Positions 25,120 to 35,247 of a stretch of 64,000 bases of DNA are shown here, piece after piece. Position 1 is the first letter of the stretch; every line of letters begins with the position of its first letter. The stretch covers positions 62,001-126,000 of the forward strand of contig JAHBMJ010000377.1 in NCBI GenBank assembly GCA_018398765.1, in the 5' to 3' direction. Under the pieces are notes generated by a model, which saw only the letters and a program-made list of their open reading frames with translations, was not told the DNA's origin and made no database searches. Position numbers and translations under genes: made by a program. Source of the stretch: Chromera velia (Eukaryota).

Positions 25120-26701
25120 TCAAGCTCTTTTTGTAGACTTCTGGATGGCTCTGTCTTCTGTGCAAGTAAAGAACCACTGCTCAATCTGGAGCTACCAGGG
25201 CGGGCCTATAAAGAATAGGCCTTTATCCACCGGGGAGATTGAGGAGAAGGAGGGCGAACTATACGCGTACGAGAAGCCAGACTCTGATTGGCATTGCGGA
25301 GCCCTTTGTGCTGCCAAAGATGCCGCGGCGGCTACTCTGCACCTCCAACATCCATAAGAGAGAAAGACAAATCGTTTCAAATTGAATACAATCCGGGGAT
25401 ACTGATGGCCATGTTTGCTAGAGGGGATCCCAAAGAGATTCAGCGGCTGTGTATAGTAGTATTGCTGAGGTGGATCACGGGAGCTGGCAGGCGTGCTAAA
25501 GGCAAAATCAGGTTCGGGGTCATTTGTTTCTCCTGTGCTGAATGTGGAATAAAGACGTGCAAGTTCCAGCTGCAGATGCGGTGGGAGGTGCGTTTTTAGA
25601 AAGTCCTTCAGCTCCACGCTTAGTAACCAGCTTGTGAGAGGGCAAGGTTTTGTTTCATCACCGGTCTTAAGCTTTATTCCTGACTCCTGCGTTATTATAA
25701 TAAGAGCAGTAGCGCGGTTCATGGAATCTTCTACCTCAGAAAAATCGAGGACTGCCAGGCGTTTGTCAAGCAGCTGGACGTCTTGTCTCACTTTATAATG
25801 GTACTCAACAAGCAGGCGGTCCCCGGTGCCCTGGAAGTTTGATACTGGAATCTATTACAGATTATCTGGGCCTAATGGGTAGTCTTTCCATTGAACCTTA
25901 TACTGATTGCGCCTCTCGTCGTAGTCAAGAATTTTCTCAACCTCCTACTCTGCGTCATCAGAAGATTGGGAAATCATTGAGTCTGGCTCTTTGCCTGTAT
26001 TTCGGATTTGAAATGGAAGCATGCCTTTGACTCTGAAGTATTGATGAAACAGATCGAGATCGCCGCTTCCTTGGACCTTGTAATCAAGGCCCGAAGCCCA
26101 ACACAATTCTTGAATGCTCATTCGCATGATCTGTTCATCTGCTCGTTTTTTTTGCCGCTGACGTGCTGTCTGGTTAGCTTTCGATTCTTCCTGACTCAGG
26201 GCAATATTCTTCGGGATTTGGTGCTCTTCATCTAGGATTCCCAATTCTGTATAAAGGTCATAATTGGGGGAAAAATGTGTATCAGACCATAATAAGTATG
26301 AGTCGATTCGGTAGACCTGCTTCCTGACCTCGTCGCAAAAAGACCGGAACATTGCTAGTACATGTGCATGGGAAACGTTAATTAGCCATTCTTGGCGGGA
26401 CTCAAAAATCCGCACTAGGCTTTTGAGCTTATAGTCGCTGAATAAGTCAAGGATCAATCGGGATCAATCGTTCAAAATGATTCAGCCGCGTTTGCGTGAC
26501 CCCAGGCGGAAACACTAGGATACACATAATGTTGAAACCCCACGGATAGCATAAATGGTACTAGTCCAGTCTCTGGTCGGGGTTTTTTAACATGCTACTA
26601 ATTTTAATAAGCGACGGAGATGCTAGGAAAGGATTTTTTAACGCATACAGAATTGGGCGGTTTATGTTGATCAAACAGGTGATAGCTCCACCGGCCGGCA
26701 T
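25120..26701 (-). pseudogene. T5orf172-type GIY-YIG nuclease - chromodomain fusion, copy 1 (~525 aa reconstructed)
   Basis: N-terminal ILYALKNPF...IKI(G)ST.KNPD.RL..Y...FERLI...EW. Chromodomain EVEKILDYDERRNQYKVQWKDYP...WIPVSNF...LLVEY follows an in-frame TAG at 25945-47. A 10-bp duplication at 26451-70 shifts the frame. Confidence 0.8.
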
Positions 26702-26831
26702 ATTTTTTTCGTTTTATCTTACAAGGCGGGGTACAGAGGCAATAAGCCACGCAGCGCGATTCCACATGCACAACGCTAAATTATGGAGATACTCAGCGAC
26801 GCGTCGATCAAAACACAGGAGGTCGGCGTTT

Positions 26832-27446
26832 TTATTCCACAAAAGAGACTCCAGGGTCCCCCCCTATTACAAAAATGCGATGCGCATCACGTGCTAGTTC
26901 TAGAAGGCTGCAAAGTTGCACTAACATTGAAAGAGGTGCTAGTGGAGCAACAGTATCAAAATTTAGGTTTCCCAAAAGCTGCGCTAGGACTGCAGTCTGT
27001 ACACGGACCTGTAGGCGGGACTCGGTAATATATTCTAAGAGCCGTTTATATGGAACAGGGACGGCGGAAGGGAACAGGCAGTCGTGGACCACCATTAGAG
27101 CCTGGAGAGCCCACAACCACCATCCACCCACGTATGCTAGCGTGGAAACACAGTCCAGAATGCCCATAGGTTGAAGACCACGCTCTAGCGATGTACTAGG
27201 AGAAGGTTCAACTAGGTCTACCGAAACATCATCTTGTAAGCTTTCTAGTAAGCTTTCGTCTAGCGCATCTAGCAGGCTTGCTGAAGCCTCAATAATTTGA
27301 GTACTAGCGGTTACAAGCGGCACAAGGTGAAAAGGGACAACTAGACTGCTACTCGGGAACTGGTTGTAAAGAAAGTCGGCAATAAGCGCTTGGGCGGGCA
27401 AAGGGAAGATTTGATGCTTGATTTGTTCGAAATTATATTTTTCCAT
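26832..27446 (-). CDS. Unknown 204-aa element protein, copy 1 (stop-disrupted in copy 2)
   Basis: ATG ORF downstream of an AT-rich putative promoter, directly upstream of and co-oriented with the GIY-YIG gene. Confidence 0.5.
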   Translation of the reverse strand: MEKYNFEQIKHQIFPLPAQALIADFLYNQFPSSSLVVPFHLVPLVTASTQIIEASASLLDALDESLLESLQDDVSVDLVEPSPSTSLERGLQPMGILDCVSTLAYVGGWWLWALQALMVVHDCLFPSAVPVPYKRLLEYITESRLQVRVQTAVLAQLLGNLNFDTVAPLAPLSMLVQLCSLLELARDAHRIFVIGGDPGVSFVE

Positions 27447-27707
27447 CCTAACTTACTGCATAATTTAATATTTCCCTAGATATTTCCTATTCAAAAACAA
27501 ATTATATATGTTAAAGCCTAGTTAAAGCCCTAAAAAACTATAGCTAATAAATTATTGGCTAGCTGGTCGGTGATACGTACACGAAGAGCACTAAACCAGG
27601 GGGATAGTATCTGCATTGAGGTTGTACTTGCAAGAGGCTGGCAACACATTCATGAATTTCACCTCCACATCCGTCTCTTCTTTTCGTTTCATCTCAATTT
27701 TCTTGTT

Positions 27708-28082
27708 TTAGCTGTCCGGCGATTCTGCGACGTTCTTGGAGCTCTGTGCTGCCTGATCGACTCCTTGGGATGCTTCGAGATGTTCTGCCTCGGGGGATGC
27801 CGCTTGGGGGATGGCGCTTGCCAGTGGGGGTGCACCTGACGCCGCTGACGGTGTCCCTGTCTGAGTCACTGAGCCTCTGTCGCGGCCCCAGCCTCTCTTT
27901 GCAAACAGGGTTGCCGAGGCAGAGGAGCTAACAATGGAGAAGGCAAGAGCGACGCCGAGGTTGCCCCAGTAGGTGCTGGAGGGGGCGCCGTCGTACCACG
28001 CAAGAACGATGGCCACCACACCGAGGATTGTAAAAATGATGGTACCAGCCCAAATTTCCCAGACTTGTATCTTGTGCCCATC
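27708..28082 (-). CDS. Putative small two-TM membrane protein of the element, copy 1; start uncertain
   Basis: Frame reads IQVWEIWAGTIIFTILGVVAIVLAWYDG...WGNLGVALAFSIVSSSASATLF; preserved in copy 2 (45179-~45553). Confidence 0.4.
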   Translation of the reverse strand, partial: DGHKIQVWEIWAGTIIFTILGVVAIVLAWYDGAPSSTYWGNLGVALAFSIVSSSASATLFAKRGWGRDRGSVTQTGTPSAASGAPPLASAIPQAASPEAEHLEASQGVDQAAQSSKNVAESPDS

Positions 28083-29344
28083 TGTCCTGCGTACACAGTG
28101 TTAAAAGATGTGACGTCTCATGTATCTTGGATAATGTTCTGACTCACGCGACCAAAAGGAGAAAAGATAACGCCTTTCCATTCCTCAAACGATACACAAA
28201 AAAGGAGGGCATGTACTAAACCATGGATGCGCACTGGACGAAGACAGACGAAGATCCAATCCGCGCCAATCCGAACGTCCAAAGGAAACGACGCGATCGA
28301 CCTTGAGCCACGCACGTGAACAACCATCAGACACCTACGCCCTTCGCGAACCTTTCTTCGATGCACCGAACACCCGGAGGTCTCGAACCAACGGCCATTC
28401 GCGAAATTTTCGTTCGAACGACAAAAAAAAAAACGGAGAAGGCCCGCAAACACTAGCTCAATCAAAAGCTTGGCAGACCACGCGGAACCGAGACCGGACG
28501 TCCTGACGTGGGCAGACACGCTCCACGCTCGCATGCTCAGGCTGCCTGACGATTTCATCCATGCACCCATCACAACACAGCCGACCACACAACACGCGCA
28601 TGCACGTCAACTTAAAGAGATGAAGGTGCCGAATGTAGGATGGAGAATTTTTTGTTCGGGCGACGAGAAAAAGAAAAGGGGGGGGGGAACCCCGCGGACA
28701 CGGCGCTCAGGTTTCTCACACAGCCAGCCACTCACACACACACAGAGCACTCGCGCACTTCCATCTGGCAACGTCGAATGTATGCTGGAGAAAACGGGAA
28801 AGGCCCGCACACACTCAAAGCTCGACAGACCACGCAAAGCCACAGCAGACAGGCAGGCACACACGCCCTCCATGGCTCGCATGCACGCTGTCTGACGGTT
28901 CCATCCATTACGACACACCCGACCAACAGCCACACACGGCACGCGCATGTCAATCTAAAGAGATGGAGATGCCGAATGTAGGATGGAGAATTTTTCGTGC
29001 GGGCAAGGGCGCGACGGAAAAAGAAAAAAAACGGGAAGGGGAAGCCAGGTCGAGCCAGACGAGTCACACGCGACTCAGGAGGAAACCAGAGAGCCGAAGT
29101 CCTAGAGGGTGACGGATGACACACGAAAAGAGAGCACACAACGGAGGTACGAAGACCTGCCTGACGATCAGGGAGGCCAGCCAAGTAGACAATAGAAGAG
29201 CGTCATTTAGGAGACAAGATGTCAGGCGACAGCAGCAGAGGCGACGGCTCACAACGACGTTCAGGGGGTGCCTTGCATGGAGGGGCTGCCGGGAAAGCCA
29301 CGCAACAGTCAAGAAAAAAAGGAAGAAGCTGTGCCGGGCAGCCA

Positions 29345-31960
29345 CACAACAAAAAGGGAACCGGATGACCCACCTGCAGTTGCGGTCCGGGAGGCGTTGT
29401 ACTGGTCACTCAGGGCAATCTTGTTTTGTATGCTGGAGTCGTTGAACCCAGCTTCGTCAAACCCGCGCGAGATGAGCCACTGACGATACTCCACATCAAG
29501 ACCCTGCCAAGCATTCCCATTGTACGCGTGCACAAGCCGATTTCTTGCCTCACGAGAAAGGGTCCATTCTGCATTTGAACCAAAAAACGCGAGGTGACAT
29601 GACGAAATCGCGATTCGAGAAACATTGGAAAAGGCCCGAAAAAAGGACCCTCGGCAAATGGGAAGAGAGCGGCAGGGAAATCCGAGAGGGTGCTAAGTGA
29701 GTAAAGCGGTGACAACTGGCAGGCAGTTCAGAGAAAAAAAAACCTTACGAATGCACAGAAGCAAGGAGCCAAAGTCGACTGCATAGAACGTCGGTCAGCC
29801 GGTAGGGACCAGGGCGCATGCACACAAAGAGGCTTCTGGCCAACGGAACAGTATGAAGCTAGAGGAAAAACCGATCAGTCCAGATCAGGCTGACGAAGAG
29901 TCCCAACGAGAAACGTAAGGGCATCAGTCAGTGAAACAGAAGTGAGCAGGCAGCCCAGACAACAAAAAAAGAAGGGAAACAGACGCACCTGTGGGAGGAA
30001 TCGAACTGCCTCTGGCAGAGTCCCGGTCGTCCGGCAGCAGAGTGGGGGTGTGGAGAGCCTGCACACACACACACACGAAGGCGAAGTTCTTGATTGGAAC
30101 GAGTCAACAGATCCTGAGGCCACCACGGCAGGCACGCTCCACTCACCGCTGGAAGAAGCTCCCAGGCTGCCCCCTTGGGCCCCAGGCTCGACTCGGCCAC
30201 CTTGCTACCCTTGGAGTTCCTCTCAAGCCACACGCAGGGACCTGCAAAAGTGCCAAGAAAAAGCGTTTCGGAGCAGGAACGCGAGAAAAGACGGCCAGCA
30301 CACAAGAGATAGCGGTATGGGTACACAAGCTCACGAAAGTGGAAAGCAGGACACGGAGGACGGACGGACGGACGGACGGACGGACGGACGGACGGACGGA
30401 CGGACGGACGGACGNNNNNNNNNNNNNNNNNNNNNNNNNNNNNNNNNNNNNNNNNNNNNNNNNNNNNNNNNNNNNNNNNNNNNNNNNNNNNNNNNNNNNN
30501 NNNNNNNNNNNNNNNNNNNNNNNNNNNNNNNNNNNNNNNNNNNNNNNNNNNNNNNNNNNNNNNNNNNNNNNNNNNNNNNNNNNNNNNNNNNNNNNNNNNN
30601 NNNNNNNNNNNNNNNNNNNNNNNNNNNNNNNNNNNNNNNNNNNNNNNNNNNNNNNNNNNNNNNNNNNNNNNNNNNNNNNNNNNNNNNNNNNNNNNNNNNN
30701 NNNNNNNNNNNNNNNNNNNNNNNNNNNNNNNNNNNNNNNNNNNNNNNNNNNNNNNNNNNNNNNNNNNNNNNNNNNNNNNNNNNNNNNNNNNNNNNNNNNN
30801 NNNNNNNNNNNNNNNNNNNNNNNNNNNNNNNNNNNNNNNNNNNNNNNNNNNNNNNNNNNNNNNNNNNNNNNNNNNNNNNNNNNNNNNNNNNNNNNNNNNN
30901 NNNACACAACAAAAAGGGAACCGGATGACCCACCTGCAGTTGCGGTCCGGGAGGCGTTGTACTGGTCACTCAGGGCAATCTTGTTTTGTATGCTGGAGTC
31001 GTTGAACCCAGCTTCGTCAAACCCGCGCGAGATGAGCCACTGACGATACTCCACATCAAGACCCTGCCAAGCATTCCCATTGTACGCGTGCACAAGCCGA
31101 TTTCTTGCCTCACGAGAAAGGGTCCATTCTGCATTTGAACCAAAAAACGCGAGGTGACATGACGAAATCGCGATTCGAGAAACATTGGAAAAGGCCCGAA
31201 AAAAGGACCCTCGGCAAATGGGAAGAGAGCGGCAGGGAAATCCGAGAGGGTGCTAAGTGAGTAAAGCGGTGACAACTGGCAGGCAGTTCAGAGAAAAAAA
31301 AACCTTACGAATGCACAGAAGCAAGGAGCCAAAGTCGACTGCATAGAACGTCGGTCAGCCGGTAGGGACCAGGGCGCATGCACACAAAGAGGCTTCTGGC
31401 CAACGGAACAGTATGAAGCTAGAGGAAAAACCGATCAGTCCAGATCAGGCTGACGAAGAGTCCCAACGAGAAACGTAAGGGCATCAGTCAGTGAAACAGA
31501 AGTGAGCAGGCAGCCCAGACAACAAAAAAAGAAGGGAAACAGACGCACCTGTGGGAGGAATCGAACTGCCTCTGGCAGAGTCCCGGTCGTCCGGCAGCAG
31601 AGTGGGGGTGTGGAGAGCCTGCACACACACACACACGAAGGCGAAGTTCTTGATTGGAACGAGTCAACAGATCCTGAGGCCACCACGGCAGGCACGCTCC
31701 ACTCACCGCTGGAAGAAGCTCCCAGGCTGCCCCCTTGGGCCCCAGGCTCGACTCGGCCACCTTGCTACCCTTGGAGTTCCTCTCAAGCCACACGCAGGGA
31801 CCTGCAAAAGTGCCAAGAAAAAGCGTTTCGGAGCAGGAACGCGAGAAAAGACGGCCAGCACACAAGAGATAGCGGTATGGGTACACAAGCTCACGAAAGT
31901 GGAAAGCAGGACACGGAGGACGGACGGACGGACGGACGGACGGACGGACGGACGGACGGA
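29345..31960. other. Near-identical ~1.07-kb duplication (offset 1560) across the N gap 30415-30903; probable assembly overlap
   Basis: 29345-30414 matches 30905-~31960; both end in the (GGAC)n tract at the gap. Confidence 0.85.
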
Positions 31961-34639
31961 CAGACAGACAGGATTGCAGGTAGCTAGAGAGGGCCAAAGG
32001 AGGGGGAAAGCAGAGAGGGAGACAAAAAGCCAAGGCCGAAGGAGGGCGGGACGGCTGGCATGGAGACCCACCTGCAGGACTCGCGTGGCCATCCAAAGGA
32101 GCGCCAGCAATGGCTAGAGGCTGCACGCAGGGTACCAGGGGGGGGCAAAAGGATAGAGACACGCAAGGGGGCCGGAGACACGCGAACAAAGATGGGACAG
32201 CAAAACGGTCCTGGCACGCCTGGCTCACCTCTTGTCGTGGGGTTGCGAAGAGGTAGGGGCAGACGTCGTCCTTCGGCCTCATGTTCTGCAGGGCAAAGGT
32301 CTCCTCAGGACGCTCCCAGGGATCTGCATCAAGGACACAAAACAAAGTCGACACGCGCTGAGAAGAAAGCAAAGGGCCATAGAGAGAAGAAACACACGTT
32401 CCCCCAGTCCGAGAAGCGGGCATCGCTAGAGACAGCTAAAAGGGCGGGAAGAAAGCAGACAGGACGAAAGAAGAGAAAAGAGGGAAAGGACCAGACAGAA
32501 CAGAAGAGAGCCCAGAGCCACAGAAAAGAAAACGGAAGGAGGAGGGAGATGAGCAATCCGGGATCGCAAACAGGAGAAGAGCAGGAGCACTGCCAGGCCA
32601 GGCGGACAGGACAGCAGGGAGAGGAGAGGAGAAGAGAAGAGAAGAGGGGAGGAGGTGGGGGTGGCAGGAGGCCCGGGAGGGAGAGGAAGGAAGGGCTCCT
32701 ACCGCCGCAAGACCGTTGGAGAAGGCAGACAGACAACGCAGAAGAAAAAAGAGGAGGAGCTCGAAGGCTCGAGCCTGATAAAGAGGCCAGACACAGAGGC
32801 CAGAGAGAGAGGTGACACTTCCAACCGCGGGTGACGGTCTTCGAACCGAAGTGTCACCAACCCAAGAAGGTGAAAGCACCTCACCGGTGACACTTGTGAC
32901 ACTAGTGACACCTTTTTAGAAAAAGTATGTAGAGAAAAAGAAGATAGGGAGCTGTATAGAAAGAAAAGTTTTTGGAAACGGTGTCACAACTGTCACCACT
33001 GTCACCGATTCCCTGCTTTCACCTTCAAATGGTGGTGACAGCCGGATGACGCTTCTTTTTCGGATGGTGACACTCCGAAATTAAGGGAACTGCAGCCTCA
33101 ACTCGAACCGATGAAAAGGACAACTGAGAGACCTGCCTGGCCAGGCAGAAAACAAGAGAAGCGACCAACCCATCCCTCGGGAACGTACCTGCAGAAGGAG
33201 AAGCGTCCCAGTCGACTTCCAGTGGGGCGATGGGAGTCTGGAGAGGCTGCACGCAGAGGGAGAAAGACGTCAGTCCACCAACGGAGGAAACGCGTCGACA
33301 GGCCGGACACGCGTGACCCACCACTTCTCGTTGGGCTGCAGACAGGTATCCCAGGTTGTGCAGGACAAAGGTCCCCCCGAGATCCCCCCAGGCACCTGCA
33401 GGAAGGTGAGGGGAAGAAATGACTTGGCCTTTGGAGAAAAACCCAGCTCGAGGGACACAAGAAGAAGGGGGGAAGGTAGTGATCAGCTACAAAGATCCCA
33501 AGAGGTAAGGACAGGACGGAACTACGAAGGGTGAGCAAGAGGTGAGGACAGTACGGCAGAGGGAAACGAAGGGCAGGGCTGGAAGAGAAACAGGGGGCAA
33601 ACAGGGGGCAAGAGGTGAGGACAGAAGGGCAGGGGAGAACGAAGGGCATGGTTGGACCGATTACGCAAGCAAAGACGGGAGGGGGGTGAGGGCCGAACCA
33701 CAGGGGGGAAGAAGGAACCACGGGAGATAAGCGCAGAAGGGGAGGGGAATGTAGGGAAGGAAGGGCAGAAGAACAGGGCACCACACGTAGAGGTGCTTGT
33801 AGATCGATCGGAAAGAAGAATACGAACCAAAGGGATTCAGAATTGCTCAAGGCAAGAGCTGTGGAAGGACCAGGGAGGGTGAGGACGGCCAGAAAGGAGC
33901 AGACAAATCGAAAGGGGGGGGCGAAAGGCGGCCCAACGGGCAGCAGGGAGCAGAAAGAACTGCAAAGAGTAGGGAGGTCTTTGAGCTTGAGGTCCAGGAC
34001 AGAAGAACGGGCAGGGGAAAAGCAGCTTGGCCGAGTGAGCACAGGAATCGAGGAGCACGCAAGGCTGGGACTAGGGCTGGGAAGACAACAGGCAGGCTTC
34101 AGGACGGACCCGTCTCGTCAACATCTCGCCAGTCAGGCAGTTCCTGCTCATCCAAGACCACCTGCGCTCTTGTTCCAGAGTCCGCCCCCTGATCAACATC
34201 CTCACCCGTCAACTCGTGGCTGCCCTCCTCATGAAACCTCGGAGCAGGCCTCGACCCAATGTGTTGGTTGCAGACGTCCACGTTCAAGCAGAGACGGGAC
34301 AAGACTGACGCCCTCAGCTTCCACTCCAAACCTGCCCCCCCGACTCCCTCCTCCCCCCCACTACATATTCTTGCGCTTCCCCGAGTTGTTGCTACTCCCT
34401 GAGTCGCTGCCCACCGAGAGGCCTCCACTCGGGGCAGGAAATGCGTCCTTGCCCCCATCAACCCCAGTCCAGTTCGAAGCACAAGCGCACCGGATCGAGA
34501 CGGACAACACCCAGCCGCAGTAAGGGAAAACAACGGATCTAGTCTCGCTTCCCAGCGTCCCACTAGCTGCTGGACGCGATGTAGAGTCGTCGAGAGACAC
34601 CACGGCGATTCTGGGGACAAGAAATTCTGCAGCCTGCAT
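31435..34639 (-). CDS. Putative multi-exon gene(s) of unknown function in segment B
   Basis: Series of short CAG|...|GT-bounded minus-strand exons (~31704-31801, 32071-32120, 32230-32323, 33189-33247, 33321-33395), some paralogous to each other; no domain recognised. Confidence 0.3.
32811..33076. promoter_or_regulatory. Iteron-like GTGACA/TGTCAC array around an AT-rich core; candidate replication origin
   Basis: GGTGACACTTGTGACACTAGTGACAC, an ~70-bp A-rich spacer, then GTGTCACAACTGTCACCACTGTCACC, plus flanking copies. Confidence 0.55.
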
Positions 34640-34642
34640 ACA

Positions 34643-35247
34643 GAGTTGCGGCCCTCTTTAAGTCAGCGAATCGGCGTGTTGCCCGATGTTGCCCGCGTAC
34701 GTCTATCTAAAGAACATGGGACTGCCATGTAGAGGGCGATTTTGTTGGGTCGCGCGGCGCCAGGCTTTCTAGAGCGGCCATTTTTAGCACCGCGGCTGCG
34801 CCGCGGTTCCTTCCAGGCCCCTCCGCGGCGGCGCCCCCCCCCGTTTGGGACATGGCCCCATATACCGTAAAAACGGTTTTTTCTGAGCGCCGCAGGCGCC
34901 AAAAAAAAATTTTAAGGTGTTTCAATGATAAATTTGATCAATTGCTGATCAATTTGGTTCAACTTGCCTCAGAAAAGGTAAAGACCGGAACAATCACATC
35001 GCGGTTCCCCCCCTTTCTTCAAGGTTTTACAAACGCGGCTCGCCGCGGTGCGCCCGAAGCAGCGCTTGGTGCCGCTCCGCGGCACCGCGGCGTTTGACCG
35101 TAAACGCCGCGGTGTCTAGAAAGCCTGCGCGGCGCTGCCGCGCGCACCGAAGGAATCGCCCGCGCCGATCGTCCATGCAGGCCTACGGAGACGGGTCGCT
35201 CGTAATGACACGCGCTGGCACCTCCCCCCCTAAAGAGGCTGCTTCTC
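34643..35247 (+). other. ~230-nt rod-like fold-back (ssDNA or RNA structure) interrupted at its apex by a MITE
   Basis: Eight nested complementary blocks, e.g. GGGCGATT/AATCGCCC, CGCGCGGC/GCCGCGCG, CCTCTTTA/TAAAGAGG. Confidence 0.55.
34761..35127. mobile_element. 367-bp hAT-type MITE
   Basis: Perfect 13-bp TIR CAGGCTTTCTAGA/TCTAGAAAGCCTG; perfect 8-bp TSD CGCGGCGC (34753-60, 35128-35). Confidence 0.9.

Noticed and set aside
29345..31960. A real 1.56-kb tandem duplication
   Set aside because: The copies look identical and abut an N gap at a microsatellite, unlike the diverged A1/A2 copies. Most likely unmerged contig ends.
35083..35119. Hairpin + CTAG as a Helitron end
   Set aside because: It falls within the subterminal region and TIR of the hAT MITE, which has a perfect 8-bp TSD.
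34643..35247. SRP (7SL) RNA
   Set aside because: The fold is rod-like, but no helix-8 SRP54-binding motif or branched S domain was seen.
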